A stretch of 64,000 nt of DNA from Comamonadaceae bacterium (lineage in GTDB: Bacteria; Pseudomonadota; Gammaproteobacteria; Burkholderiales; Burkholderiaceae_C), in the NCBI GenBank assembly GCA_947372865.1, contig CANBVJ010000001.1:81772-145771 (forward strand), written 5' to 3'. A model generated the notes under the pieces. The model was not told the origin of the DNA. It searched no databases and saw only the letters and a list, made by a program, of their open reading frames with translations. The position numbers and the translations under genes were made by a program. Shown here piece after piece: positions 22,121-32,136 of this stretch. Position 1 is the first letter of the stretch; each line of letters starts with the position of its first letter.

Positions 22121-22891
22121 ATGCTGGCCTGGGGCCACTGCGACGGCCAGCGCCTGCGCCTGGCGCAGTTGCAAGGCATAACCAGCCTGCCAGACTTTCA
22201 AACTGCTTTGCAAGCCGCGCCGCGCTGGGTGGGCGGTTTCGATTTGCCCTTTGGCTTGCCGCGCGAACTGGTTGAAACCCTGGGCTGGCCGCTGGATTGG
22301 CAGGCCTGCATCGGCCACTACGCCACGCTTGCGCGCGCCGACATCCGCGCGCACTTTGCCGCCTTTTGCGACGCACGTCCGGTGGGCGGCAAGTTCGCCC
22401 ACCGCGCCACCGACATTCCCGCCGGGTCGAGCCCGTCCATGAAATGGGTCAATCCGCCGGTGGCCTACATGCTGCACGCGGGCGTGCCGCTGATTCAGGC
22501 CGCAGGCGCGCACTTCCCCGGCCTGCAAGCGCCGCAGCCGCAGGCCCCGTGCGTAGCACTGGAAGCCTATCCGGGCATGCTGGCGCGCGAAATCTTGGGT
22601 GCGCGCAGCTACAAAAGCGACGACCGCGCCAAACAGACCCCCGAGCGCCTGATTGCCCGCAAAGACCTGGTTAACGCCCTGGAGCTGGGCCAGTCGCGCT
22701 GGCAACTGCGCCTGCAGTTGAGCCACGCGCAACGCGACGCCCTGGTGGCCGACGCCTCGGGCGACACGCTGGACGCAGTTTTGTGCCTGGTGCAGGCGGC
22801 CTGGGCGCAACTGCGCCACAGCCAGGGCGACCCGCTTTACGGTCTGCCCGCAGGCACCGACCCGCTCGAAGGTTGGATTGTGGGTGCCTGA
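22121..22891 (+). CDS. DUF429-family protein (true N-terminus probably upstream of the first ATG)
   Basis: 256-aa ORF from ATG 22121. The in-frame upstream codons 22028-22120 encode ...LLGCDFSSAPSRRKQI. From memory this resembles the conserved DUF429 N-terminus, but that stretch has no ATG, GTG or TTG. Confidence 0.75.
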   Translation: MLAWGHCDGQRLRLAQLQGITSLPDFQTALQAAPRWVGGFDLPFGLPRELVETLGWPLDWQACIGHYATLARADIRAHFAAFCDARPVGGKFAHRATDIPAGSSPSMKWVNPPVAYMLHAGVPLIQAAGAHFPGLQAPQPQAPCVALEAYPGMLAREILGARSYKSDDRAKQTPERLIARKDLVNALELGQSRWQLRLQLSHAQRDALVADASGDTLDAVLCLVQAAWAQLRHSQGDPLYGLPAGTDPLEGWIVGA

Positions 22892-22976
22892 GGGGTGTAT
22901 AACCCGTCCCGATTCATCGTGTTTGAACACACCATCAGCAGCGCCCTGTAGGGCGCGTTAACACCAAGGAAGAGCA

Positions 22977-23690
22977 ATGGGCGCGCAGTGGAAAGCAAAA
23001 GGCAAGGAACTTGCCGCAAACGCAAAAGGCCGAGCTTTCGGCAAATTAGCCAAAGACATCATGCTGGCAGCCCGCAACGGCGCCGACCCGGCGTCCAACG
23101 CGCGGCTGCGCCTGGTGGTCGAACAGGCCCGCAAAATATCCATGCCCAAAGACACCCTAGACCGCGCCATCAAAAAAGGCGCAGGCCTGACCGGCGAGTC
23201 GGTGAGCTTTGAGCACGTGATCTACGAAGGCTTTGCGCCCCACCAGGTGCCGGTGATGGTGGAATGCCTGACCGACAACGTCAACCGCACTGCGCCCGAA
23301 ATGCGCGTGCTGTTTCGCAAAGGGCAGCTGGGCACCTCCGGCTCAGTGGCCTGGGACTTTGACCACGTGGGCATGATCGAGGCCGAAGCTGCCGTCAAAG
23401 GCGCCGACGCTGAAGTCGCCGCCATCGAGGCTGGCGCCCAAGATTTCGAGCCCGCCGACGAGGCCGGTGTGTGCGTGTTCGTGACCGATCCGGCGGACCT
23501 GGACCTGGTCAGCCGCGCTTTGCCCGCCCACGGATTCACCGTGCTGTCGGCCAAACTGGGCTATAAGCCCAAGAACCCGGTCAACCCCGCCAACCTGAGC
23601 GCCGAACACCTGGAAGAAGTGGAAGCCTTTTTGGCCGCCATTGACGCCAATGACGACGTGCAAAACGTCTATGTCGGGCTGGCCGGATAA
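22977..23690 (+). CDS. yebC: YebC/PmpR-family transcriptional regulator
   Basis: 237 aa. N-terminus [24 protein letters not shown] and C-terminus DVQNVY. RBS AAGGAAG upstream. Confidence 0.9.
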   Translation: MGAQWKAKGKELAANAKGRAFGKLAKDIMLAARNGADPASNARLRLVVEQARKISMPKDTLDRAIKKGAGLTGESVSFEHVIYEGFAPHQVPVMVECLTDNVNRTAPEMRVLFRKGQLGTSGSVAWDFDHVGMIEAEAAVKGADAEVAAIEAGAQDFEPADEAGVCVFVTDPADLDLVSRALPAHGFTVLSAKLGYKPKNPVNPANLSAEHLEEVEAFLAAIDANDDVQNVYVGLAG

Positions 23691-23779
23691 ATAAGCCCGC
23701 AGTGGCGCAAACCGCCGCTGACCCGGTGGTGGCGCTCCTGCATAATCACCGGCGACCCTTTTGAAGTTGAACCCCCACT

Positions 23780-24166
23780 ATGTCCCTGACCTCCTTGCGC
23801 CTCTCCATCACCGCCCTTTTTCTGGCTGCATTCCTGGCGGCCTGTGGCGGCGGAAGCGGAAGCTCTGCGCCCCCGCCCACTGGCGGCATCACGGCCACGG
23901 CGGAAGACGGCCAAGTCACCATCACCTGGACGGCAGACGCGGGCGTGGACTACTGGCTGATGTATGCGGCCACGGCCACCGCCATTGACATGAAAAACCC
24001 TCCGGGCAACCACGTGTGGATTAACAGCGGCATGACCTCACCTTATGTGGTTTCGGGCCTGATCAACGGTGTGACCTATTCATTTGCCATGGACGGCCGC
24101 ATCAGCGGCGGGCCCGGCGGCGCGCAGACGCCCTCGGTGTCGGCGACGCCCTCTGCGGCGCCATAA
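23780..24166 (+). CDS. Small lipoprotein with a fibronectin type III-like domain
   Basis: Lipobox LAAC followed by GGGSGSS. The pattern ..VTITW....GVDYW......SPYVVSGLINGVTYSF is typical of FN3. Confidence 0.7.
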   Translation: MSLTSLRLSITALFLAAFLAACGGGSGSSAPPPTGGITATAEDGQVTITWTADAGVDYWLMYAATATAIDMKNPPGNHVWINSGMTSPYVVSGLINGVTYSFAMDGRISGGPGGAQTPSVSATPSAAP

Positions 24167-24184
24167 GAGCGCGCTGCCCCCACA

Positions 24185-24961
24185 TCACAGCCCGCTGGGC
24201 TTGTCCCCACAAACGGAGCATCCCGCCTTGCGCCCCATGCGCACCTGCGTCCACTCCATGCTGCGGCCGTCGAGCATCAGCAGGCGCCCGGTCAGGGGCT
24301 GGCCGATACCCGCGATAAGCTTGAGCGCTTCGGCCGCTTGCATGGCGCCAATGATGCCGACCAAAGGCGCAAACACGCCCATGGTGGCGCAGCGCGTCTC
24401 TTCGGGCACCACGCTGGGTGAAAACACGCAGGCGTAGCAGGGCGAGGCCGCGTCGCGCGGGTCGTACACCGTAATTTGGCCGTCCATCTGAATCGCCGAG
24501 CCTGATACCAGTGGTTTACCGTGGCGCACGCAGGCGGCATTGATCGCCTGGCGGGTGGCAAAGTTGTCGCAGCAGTCGAGCACCACGTCGGCGCCGGCCA
24601 CCAGGGTGTCGAGCAGCGCGGCGTCGGCGCGCACGGGCAGGGCGTTTACTCGGGTGTGCGGGTTCAGGCCCTGCAAGGTGGTTTGGGCCGATTCCACTTT
24701 GGGCGTGCCCACGCTGGCGGTGGTGTGGGCAATCTGGCGTTGCAGGTTGGTCAGGTCTACCGTGTCGTGGTCTACCAAGGTAATGTGGCCCACGCCAGCG
24801 CAGGCCAGGTACATGGCTGCGGGCGAACCCAGGCCACCCGAGCCAATCACCAGCGCGTGGCTTTGCAGAAAGCGGGTTTGGCCTTCAAAGCCAATGTCGT
24901 CGAGCAGGATGTGGCGCGAATAGCGCAGCAGCTCCTCGTCTTGCAAACTGCGCTCGTTCAT
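24185..24961 (-). CDS. moeB: Molybdopterin-synthase adenylyltransferase (ThiF/MoeB family)
   Basis: 258 aa with Rossmann motif VIGSGGLGSPAAMYLACAGVG and CxxC pairs (CYAC, CSVC). ATG verified at 24961-24959. Confidence 0.85.
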   Translation of the reverse strand: MNERSLQDEELLRYSRHILLDDIGFEGQTRFLQSHALVIGSGGLGSPAAMYLACAGVGHITLVDHDTVDLTNLQRQIAHTTASVGTPKVESAQTTLQGLNPHTRVNALPVRADAALLDTLVAGADVVLDCCDNFATRQAINAACVRHGKPLVSGSAIQMDGQITVYDPRDAASPCYACVFSPSVVPEETRCATMGVFAPLVGIIGAMQAAEALKLIAGIGQPLTGRLLMLDGRSMEWTQVRMGRKAGCSVCGDKPSGL

Positions 24962-25002
24962 AAGGTGTGCGCGCTCATGAACTGCGCCTCTTCATGTCGC
25001 GC

Positions 25003-26439
25003 TCAGTCTTCCTTGACTTCGGCCTTGCGCTCGGTCAGCGTCTTGCTGATCTTGACCGGCTGGCCCTTGAGCTGCTTGATCGCCTGGGCCAACTGGAAGT
25101 CCTTGTCGCTGCCAAACTCGGGGGCTTTGCGGTCGGCCACCGGTTTGCGCGATTCTTCTTCCAGGCGTTTGAGCGCTTCTTCGCGCGCTTTTTCGCGGGC
25201 TTCGTCCTTCACCTCGGCGCCTTGGCCGCTGGCCAGATGCTTTTCCAGGTCCGCCTCACGGGTGCGCAGGGCGGCGTAGGGGCTGCCTTCTTCGGTGTCG
25301 TCCACCATCACATTGGGCACGATGCCCTTGGCCTGGATCGACTTGCCGCTGGGCGTGTAGTAGCGCGAGGTGGTGATTTTCAGGCCGGTGTCCGCGCCCA
25401 GGGGACGGAAGGTCTGGACCGAGCCCTTGCCAAACGTCTGGCTGCCCATGATGGTGGCGCGTTGGTGGTCTTGCAGGGCGCCGGCCACGATTTCGCTGGC
25501 AGAGGCCGAGCCTTCATTGACCAGTACCACCAGATCCACTTTTTTCAATCCGGCGGGCAGATTTTTGAGCGGGTCTAGGCCAGAACGGCCTTGGTAATCG
25601 GCGGCAGCCGCACGCAAGGTTTGTTTGCTGTCGGCGGTTTGGCCGTTGGTGGAAACCACCGTCACGTTCTCGGGCAAAAAGGCGGCCGAAATGGCCACGG
25701 CCGCGTTCAGCAAGCCGCCCGGGTCGTTGCGCAAGTCCAGCACCAAGCCCTTGATTTTCGGGTCTTGCTTGTAAATCTCGTTGACCTTTTTGACAAAGTC
25801 GTCCACCGTGCGTTCCTGGAACTGGCTCACCCGCACCCAGCCGTAGCCGGGCTCAACGAGTTTGCCGCGCACCGATTGCTGTTTGATCTCTTCGCGGATG
25901 ATGGTGACCGGGAAGGTGCGGTTCTCGTCCTTGCGGTAAATCGTGAGAATCACCCTGGTGGCCGGTTCGCCGCGCATGCGCTTGACCGCCTCGTTCAGGC
26001 TCAGGCCCTTGACGGCGGTGTCGTCGATCTTGGTGATCAGGTCGTTGGTCTTTACTCCGGCGCGAAAGGCGGGCGAGCCTTCAATCGGGGTGATGACCTT
26101 GACCAACCCGTCTTCCTGGGTGATTTCGATGCCCACGCCGACAAATTTGCCGGCCGTGCCTTCGCGGAACTCTTTGAACGACTTTTTGTCAAAGTACACG
26201 GAGTGCGGATCCAGGCTGGAGACCATGCCCGAGATGGCGTCGGTAATGAGCTTTTTCTCGTCCACCGGCTCCACGTAGTCGCTTTTGATTAGGCCAAACA
26301 CGGTGGAGAGCTGCTGCAGCTCTTCCAGCGGCATGGGCGCAAGCGTGCCGCGTGCCACCGTTTGCAAGGACACGGTGCTCAAGGCACCGGCGACCACGCC
26401 CAGCGAAATCCAACCGGCAATTTTCAGTTTTTGACCCAT
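25003..26439 (-). CDS. ctpA: Carboxy-terminal processing protease (S41 family)
   Basis: PDZ region (GVGIEI...V..PIEGSPA..AGV) and S41 catalytic region (NEGSASASEIVAGALQD, GKGSVQ). Start set to ATG 26439 (MGQKLKIAGW..., signal anchor). Confidence 0.9.
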   Translation of the reverse strand: MGQKLKIAGWISLGVVAGALSTVSLQTVARGTLAPMPLEELQQLSTVFGLIKSDYVEPVDEKKLITDAISGMVSSLDPHSVYFDKKSFKEFREGTAGKFVGVGIEITQEDGLVKVITPIEGSPAFRAGVKTNDLITKIDDTAVKGLSLNEAVKRMRGEPATRVILTIYRKDENRTFPVTIIREEIKQQSVRGKLVEPGYGWVRVSQFQERTVDDFVKKVNEIYKQDPKIKGLVLDLRNDPGGLLNAAVAISAAFLPENVTVVSTNGQTADSKQTLRAAAADYQGRSGLDPLKNLPAGLKKVDLVVLVNEGSASASEIVAGALQDHQRATIMGSQTFGKGSVQTFRPLGADTGLKITTSRYYTPSGKSIQAKGIVPNVMVDDTEEGSPYAALRTREADLEKHLASGQGAEVKDEAREKAREEALKRLEEESRKPVADRKAPEFGSDKDFQLAQAIKQLKGQPVKISKTLTERKAEVKED

Positions 26440-26473
26440 ACTTTTTCCGTTAATACGCCGCTGGCAAGCGGCT

Positions 26474-27226
26474 TTAGGCGATTTTCCCCTGCGCGGCCAC
26501 CGCATGTGCGGCGCGCGCTGCTGCCTCTGCGTCACCCAGATAGTAGTGCGCAATGGGTTTGAGCTGGGCGTCAAGCTCATAAACCAGCGGAATGCCGTTG
26601 GGTATGTTCACGCCCACAATGGCGTCGTCCGAGATGCCGTCGAGGTATTTCACCAGCGCGCGGATGGAGTTGCCGTGCGCTGCCACCAGCAGGCGCTTGC
26701 CTGCGCGCAGGCCTGGCGCCAGGGCTTCGTTCCAGAAGGGCATGACACGGTCCACCGTGTCTTTCAGGCATTCGGTCAGCGGCACCTGACCGGGCTGCAG
26801 CTTGGCGTAGCGCAGGTCCGCGCGTTCGCAGCGGGGGTCACCCACTTCGAGCGTGGGCGGCGGCGTGTCGTAGCTGCGCCGCCAGGCCAGCACCTGTTCG
26901 TCGCCGTATTGCTTGGCCAGCTCAGCCTTGTTCAGGCCTTGCAGGGCGCCGTAGTGGCGCTCATTGAGGCGCCAGGAATGAACCACCGGCAGCCAGGTGC
27001 GGTCCATGGCGTCCAGGCAGTGCCACAGGGTGTGGGTGGCGCGCTTGAGCACGCTGGTGTAGGTGACATCGAACTCGTAGCCCGCGCCCTTGAGCAAGAG
27101 ACCGGCGGTTTTGGCCTGCTCCACGCCCAGCGGTGTGAGGTCGACATCGGTCCAGCCGGTGAAGCGGTTTTCAAGGTTCCAGGTGGATTCGCCGTGGCGG
27201 AGCAAAACAAGTTTGTACATGCGCAA
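26474..27226 (-). CDS. gpmA: 2,3-bisphosphoglycerate-dependent phosphoglycerate mutase
   Basis: 250 aa with the catalytic [12 protein letters not shown] and [10 protein letters not shown]. Confidence 0.95.
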   Translation of the reverse strand: MRMYKLVLLRHGESTWNLENRFTGWTDVDLTPLGVEQAKTAGLLLKGAGYEFDVTYTSVLKRATHTLWHCLDAMDRTWLPVVHSWRLNERHYGALQGLNKAELAKQYGDEQVLAWRRSYDTPPPTLEVGDPRCERADLRYAKLQPGQVPLTECLKDTVDRVMPFWNEALAPGLRAGKRLLVAAHGNSIRALVKYLDGISDDAIVGVNIPNGIPLVYELDAQLKPIAHYYLGDAEAAARAAHAVAAQGKIA

Positions 27227-27345
27227 AAAATGAATGGAAGGAAATCGGGACGCAAAAGCGGGACAAATCAGCGCCGGCCCCTGGGAGCGCAGCCTTGCAT
27301 TCTAAAATGCGCAGGCTTAGTCACCGAAACTGTCAAGGAACCTTA

Positions 27346-27753
27346 GTGAAATTTATTATCGACAACTGGATGCTGATCGCGCTGGCCGTGGTCTCTGGCG
27401 GGCTTTTGCTCGCGCCCATCCTTCAAGGCGCGGTTGCCACCGGCTTGGCCGCCAACGACGCCGTGCAACTGATCAATCGCGAAAAAGCGGTGGTGATCGA
27501 CGTCTGCGAACCCGCCGAATTTGCCGCCGGCCACGTGGTGGGGGCCAAAAACATCCCCTTGGGCGACTTGCAGGCCAAACTGGCCGGCGCGGTGAAAAAC
27601 AAAAAGCTGCCGCTGATTTTGGTTTGCCAGTCGGGCGCGCGCTCGGCGCGGGCCATCGCCACGGCCAAAGAGCTGGGTTTTGAGCAGGTGCATTCATTAG
27701 GCGGCGGTCTGGGCGCCTGGAAAGCGGCCAATTTGCCGGTCGAGAAATCCTAA
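27346..27753 (+). CDS. Membrane-anchored rhodanese-domain sulfurtransferase
   Basis: N-terminal TM helix plus a rhodanese domain with active-site loop CQSGARS. A GTG start at 27346 is preferred over the upstream track start. Confidence 0.8.
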   Translation: MKFIIDNWMLIALAVVSGGLLLAPILQGAVATGLAANDAVQLINREKAVVIDVCEPAEFAAGHVVGAKNIPLGDLQAKLAGAVKNKKLPLILVCQSGARSARAIATAKELGFEQVHSLGGGLGAWKAANLPVEKS

Positions 27754-27802
27754 AAGCGCGGCACCCGCCTCGCTTCCCCCTTAACCCAAGAAAAGATCCG
27801 CT

Positions 27803-28063
27803 ATGCAAGCCGTCAAGATGTACACCACCGCCGTCTGCCCTTACTGCGTGCAGGCCAAACGCCTGCTCAAGTCCAAGGGTGTTGAGCAGATTGAAGAAAT
27901 CCGTATTGATGTCAACCCGCAAGAGCGCGCCACCATGATGGAAATCACCGGCAGGCGCACGGTGCCGCAGATTTTTGTGGGCAGCACCCATGTGGGCGGC
28001 TGCGACGACCTGGTGGCGCTCGACAGCCAGGGCGGCCTGATGCCGCTGCTGATGGCGGCCTGA
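27803..28063 (+). CDS. grxC: Glutaredoxin 3
   Basis: 86 aa with CPYC active site, TVPQIF and GGCDD. Confidence 0.92.
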   Translation: MQAVKMYTTAVCPYCVQAKRLLKSKGVEQIEEIRIDVNPQERATMMEITGRRTVPQIFVGSTHVGGCDDLVALDSQGGLMPLLMAA

Positions 28064-28152
28064 GCCCGCCCAAGCGTGCAGCAGGTCGCCCAGGCGCTGC
28101 TGACATAATTCAGGTTGCGGCGCGTTAGATTGGCGCGTCAGCAGCTCCTCCC

Positions 28153-28188
28153 AGCCCACCGGCCACTAGCGCAGGTGGGCTTTGTTTT
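28153..28188 (+). terminator. Hairpin plus T-tract between grxC and secB (possible attenuating terminator)
   Basis: AGCCCACC-N13-GGTGGGCT followed by TTGTTTT. Confidence 0.45.
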
Positions 28189-28206
28189 CACCCGAAAGAA
28201 TTCACC

Positions 28207-28665
28207 ATGGCAGACCAAGAACCCGTATTCCAGATCCAGCGCGTTTACCTTAAGGAAGCGTCCCTGGAGCAGCCCAATTCCCCCGCCATCCTGCTCGAAC
28301 AAGAGCAGCCTTCGGTGGACATCCAGTTGGGCGTGGAAGCCAATCCGGTGGCTGACGGTATTTTTGAAGTCTGCGTGACGGCCACGGTGCAAACCAAGGT
28401 CAAAGACAAGACCGTGTTTTTGGTCGAAGTCAAGCAAGCTGGTATTTTTGAGATCCGCAACCTGGCGCAAGAGCAAATGGGCCAGATCATGGGCATCGCT
28501 TGCCCGCAAATCGTCTACCCCTACTTGCGCGGCAACGTGGCCGACCTGATCCAGCGTGGCGGCTTTCCGCCCGTGCACCTGTCGGAAATCAACTTCCAGG
28601 CCATGTACGAACAACAGCAAAACCAGGCCGCGCAAACCAGCGATACGGCCACTTTGCCCCAGTAA
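28207..28665 (+). CDS. secB: Protein-export chaperone SecB
   Basis: 152 aa containing [24 protein letters not shown] and an acidic C-terminus. Confidence 0.92.
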   Translation: MADQEPVFQIQRVYLKEASLEQPNSPAILLEQEQPSVDIQLGVEANPVADGIFEVCVTATVQTKVKDKTVFLVEVKQAGIFEIRNLAQEQMGQIMGIACPQIVYPYLRGNVADLIQRGGFPPVHLSEINFQAMYEQQQNQAAQTSDTATLPQ

Positions 28666-28713
28666 GCGCCATTCCCGCGTGGCTTGCCACGCGGGGCAAA
28701 GCCACAATATTTC

Positions 28714-29727
28714 ATGAAAATTTTGGTGCTCGGGGCCGGGGCATGGGGTACGGCACTGGCCATTGGCGCCAGCCAAAACCCGCGCGGCCACCAGGTTAGC
28801 CTGTGGTCGCGCAAGCCTGAGCACCAACGCCGGCTGCAAAGCCAGCGCGAAAACCAGCGTTACCTTCCCGGATTCGCTTTACCGTCGGCGCTTTCCGTGT
28901 TGCAGTGCGACGCGCAGGCGCTGCAAGCGCAGCTCACTGAGCAAGACCTCGTCATCGTGGCCACGCCCATGGCGGGTTTGCGTGGTGTCCTGCGTGATTT
29001 GGCTCAACTGAGCGTGCCGCTGGCCTGGCTTTGCAAGGGCTTTGAGCTGGCGCAGTCAGACGCCGCACCCGGCCTGATGGGCCACGAAATCCAGGCGCTG
29101 GTCGCACCCCACATGCAGGCTGGGGTCTTGAGCGGCCCCAGCTTTGCGCAAGAAGTGGCGCGCGGCCAGCCTACTGCGCTGGTGGCCGCCAGCGCGCACG
29201 CCGCCGTGCGCGAAGCATTGGTGGCCGCTTTCCACAGCCCCTTGTTGCGGGTGTACGCCAGCGACGACGTGGTGGGCGTGGAAGTGGGCGGCGCCGTCAA
29301 AAACGTGCTGGCTATTGCCACCGGTTTGTGTGACGGCCTGAACTTGGGTCTCAACGCCCGCGCCGCCCTGATCACCCGCGGGCTGACTGAGATGACCCGC
29401 CTTGGCATGGCGCTGGGCGCGCGTGCCGAAACTTTTATGGGCCTGAGCGGCCTGGGCGACTTGGTGCTTACCGCCACCGGCGACCTGTCGCGCAACCGCC
29501 GCGTGGGCCTGGCGCTGGCCCAAGGCAAAACCTTGGCAAAGGCGGTCGAAGAACTCGGCCACGTGGCCGAAGGCGTCTACAGCGCCCGCACCGTGGTGCA
29601 GAGGGCGCACAGCCTGGGGCTGGAAATGCCAATTGCCCAGGCGGTGGTTGATCTGCTCGACGGCCGGCTGCGGCCGGAGCAGGCGGTGGCGGCGCTGATG
29701 GGGCGGGGGCCGGGGCAGGAGTTGTAG
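28714..29727 (+). CDS. gpsA: NAD(P)H-dependent glycerol-3-phosphate dehydrogenase
   Basis: [16 protein letters not shown] Rossmann N-terminus, [10 protein letters not shown] and [15 protein letters not shown]. Confidence 0.93.
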   Translation: MKILVLGAGAWGTALAIGASQNPRGHQVSLWSRKPEHQRRLQSQRENQRYLPGFALPSALSVLQCDAQALQAQLTEQDLVIVATPMAGLRGVLRDLAQLSVPLAWLCKGFELAQSDAAPGLMGHEIQALVAPHMQAGVLSGPSFAQEVARGQPTALVAASAHAAVREALVAAFHSPLLRVYASDDVVGVEVGGAVKNVLAIATGLCDGLNLGLNARAALITRGLTEMTRLGMALGARAETFMGLSGLGDLVLTATGDLSRNRRVGLALAQGKTLAKAVEELGHVAEGVYSARTVVQRAHSLGLEMPIAQAVVDLLDGRLRPEQAVAALMGRGPGQEL

Positions 29728-29833
29728 CTGAGTTTTTGCACCCCCCGGGGTTACGGGTCTGTAGAACAAAGTCTAGCCTTCGTTGCCACGTCCCCCTACG
29801 TACAATCCCCACTCACACCAGGAGCCCCACCCC

Positions 29834-30400
29834 ATGAGCATCAAAAGCGACAAATGGATACGCCGCATGGCCGAATCCACCGGCATGATCGAGCCCTTCG
29901 AGCCCGGCCAGGTACGCCAGGTCGAGGGGAAGAAGATCATCTCCTACGGCACCAGCAGCTATGGCTACGACATCCGCTGCGCGCCCGAGTTCAAGGTGTT
30001 TACCAACATCCACAGCACGGTGGTTGACCCAAAGAACTTCGATGAAAAGAGCTTTGTAGATTTCAATGACGACGTCTGCATCATCCCGCCCAACAGTTTT
30101 GCACTGGCCCGCACCCTGGAATACTTTCGTATTCCGCGCAATGTGCTGACCATTTGCCTGGGTAAATCCACCTACGCGCGCTGCGGCATCATCGTCAACG
30201 TCACACCGTTTGAGCCCGAATGGGAAGGCTACGTGACCCTGGAGTTTTCCAACACCACGCCACTCCCCGCCAAGATCTACGCCGGTGAAGGTTGCGCCCA
30301 AGTGCTGTTCTTCGAGAGCGACGAAGTCTGTGAGACCAGCTACAAAGACCGGGGGGGCAAATACCAGGGCCAAACCGGCGTGACGCTGCCCAAAACCTGA
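29834..30400 (+). CDS. dcd: dCTP deaminase
   Basis: [14 protein letters not shown]-terminus, [16 protein letters not shown] and [10 protein letters not shown]. Start ATG 29834. Confidence 0.95.
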   Translation: MSIKSDKWIRRMAESTGMIEPFEPGQVRQVEGKKIISYGTSSYGYDIRCAPEFKVFTNIHSTVVDPKNFDEKSFVDFNDDVCIIPPNSFALARTLEYFRIPRNVLTICLGKSTYARCGIIVNVTPFEPEWEGYVTLEFSNTTPLPAKIYAGEGCAQVLFFESDEVCETSYKDRGGKYQGQTGVTLPKT

Positions 30401-30488
30401 GAGGGGCCGCATCGGGGATAATGCGCGCTGTTCCCCGCCTTCTCGGGGCGACCTGCTATCGGCTGGATAGCAACCATTTTTGCTATGC

Positions 30489-32048
30489 ATGCCCGACTTG
30501 ATTACTGAAACCACTTCCCCCGCCGCCCCCGAAGTCTCGGGTACGGACGCCGCCGTGATGGCGTTCTCGCAGCTTCAACTGTCCGCCCCGCTGGCGCGCG
30601 CCGTGGCCGAAATGGGCTACGAGACCATGACGCCGATTCAGGCGCAGGCCATTCCGGTGGTGCTTACCGGGCAAGACGTGATGGGCGCGGCCCAGACCGG
30701 CACCGGCAAAACGGCGGCCTTTGCGCTGCCCCTGCTGCAGCGCATGCTCAAGCACGAAAATGCCTCCACTTCGCCAGCGCGCCACCCCGTGCGCGCCTTG
30801 GTTTTGTTACCCACCCGCGAACTCGCGGTGCAAGTGGCCGAACAAGTCAAGCTCTACGCCAAGTACACCAACCTGCGCAGCGCGGTGGTGTTTGGCGGCA
30901 TGGACATGAAGCCCCAGACCCTGGAGCTGAAAAAAGGCGTAGAAGTGCTGGTGGCCACGCCCGGACGGCTGCTCGACCACATTGAAGCCAAAAACGCGGT
31001 GCTCAACCAGGTCGAATACGTGGTGCTCGATGAGGCCGACCGCATGCTCGACATCGGCTTTTTGCCGGACCTGCAGCGCATTCTGAGCTACCTGCCCAAG
31101 CAGCGCACCACGCTGCTGTTTTCGGCCACTTTCTCCTCCGAGATCAAGCGCCTGGCCAGCAGCTACCTGCAAAACCCGGTCACTATTGAGGTGGCCCGCT
31201 CCAACGCCACGGCCTCGACCGTGGAACAGCATTTCTACAGCGTGGGCGAAGACGACAAGCGCCGCGCCCTGCACCACATCCTCAAAACACGGGGCATGAA
31301 ACAGGCCTTTGTGTTTGTCAACAGCAAACTCGGTTGCGCGCGCCTGGCTCGCTCTTTGGAGCGCGAAGGCCTCAAAACCGCCGCCTTGCATGGCGACAAA
31401 AGCCAGGACGAGCGGCTCAAGGCGCTCGAAGCCTTCAAGAGCGGCGAAGTGGACTTGCTGGTCTGTACCGATGTGGCCGCGCGCGGCTTGGACATCAAGG
31501 ACGTGCCCGCTGTCTTTAACTTTGACATTCCCTTCAACGCCGAAGACTATGTGCACCGCATTGGCCGCACCGGTCGCGCGGGCGCCTCTGGCCTGGCGGT
31601 GAGCTTTGTGGGCGGCAAAAACGACGCGCGCCTGATGGCCGATATCGAGAAGCTGATCAAGGTCAAGATTGACCTTGAGGCGGTGGAGTTTGAAGAAAAC
31701 CAGCCCGACATCCGTGCCCAGGGCCGCATCAACGACGGTCGGCGCATGTACAGCGAAGGCACGCAAGACGATTCCCGCCGCCCCCCGCGCACCAGCCAAG
31801 GCAGCGTGCGCGACGTGGCCCACGAAGGCCAGTTCGCCCGCCCCGCGCGTGACGAACGTGCACCCCGGCGCGACTACACCCGCCCCCCGGCCGCCCCGCG
31901 CGATCCGTTTTTTGACAAGCCCTACGAGCCCAGCGCGGCGCCCGAGGCGGCACCGTCTTGGGAATCCGCACCGCGCACCGGCGCGCGCAGTATTTCGGCC
32001 AATATCAAGCCCAAGCGCCGCGTAGCGGCCTTGTTCAAGGCGGAATAA
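30489..32048 (+). CDS. rhlE: DEAD-box ATP-dependent RNA helicase (RhlE-like) with Arg/Pro-rich C-terminal tail
   Basis: Q motif (TPIQ), AQTGTGKT, DEAD, SAT and HRIGRTGRAG. The start is uncertain among TTG 30480, ATG 30489 and ATG 30558. Confidence 0.9.
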   Translation: MPDLITETTSPAAPEVSGTDAAVMAFSQLQLSAPLARAVAEMGYETMTPIQAQAIPVVLTGQDVMGAAQTGTGKTAAFALPLLQRMLKHENASTSPARHPVRALVLLPTRELAVQVAEQVKLYAKYTNLRSAVVFGGMDMKPQTLELKKGVEVLVATPGRLLDHIEAKNAVLNQVEYVVLDEADRMLDIGFLPDLQRILSYLPKQRTTLLFSATFSSEIKRLASSYLQNPVTIEVARSNATASTVEQHFYSVGEDDKRRALHHILKTRGMKQAFVFVNSKLGCARLARSLEREGLKTAALHGDKSQDERLKALEAFKSGEVDLLVCTDVAARGLDIKDVPAVFNFDIPFNAEDYVHRIGRTGRAGASGLAVSFVGGKNDARLMADIEKLIKVKIDLEAVEFEENQPDIRAQGRINDGRRMYSEGTQDDSRRPPRTSQGSVRDVAHEGQFARPARDERAPRRDYTRPPAAPRDPFFDKPYEPSAAPEAAPSWESAPRTGARSISANIKPKRRVAALFKAE

Positions 32049-32136
32049 GCGCAAGGGGCACAAGCCCCTCTGCGCGCTGTGCTTGAAGGTCTGGGGTTTG
32101 CTCGGTTGTGGCCTTGGGCCCCCGTTCCCAGCAATT

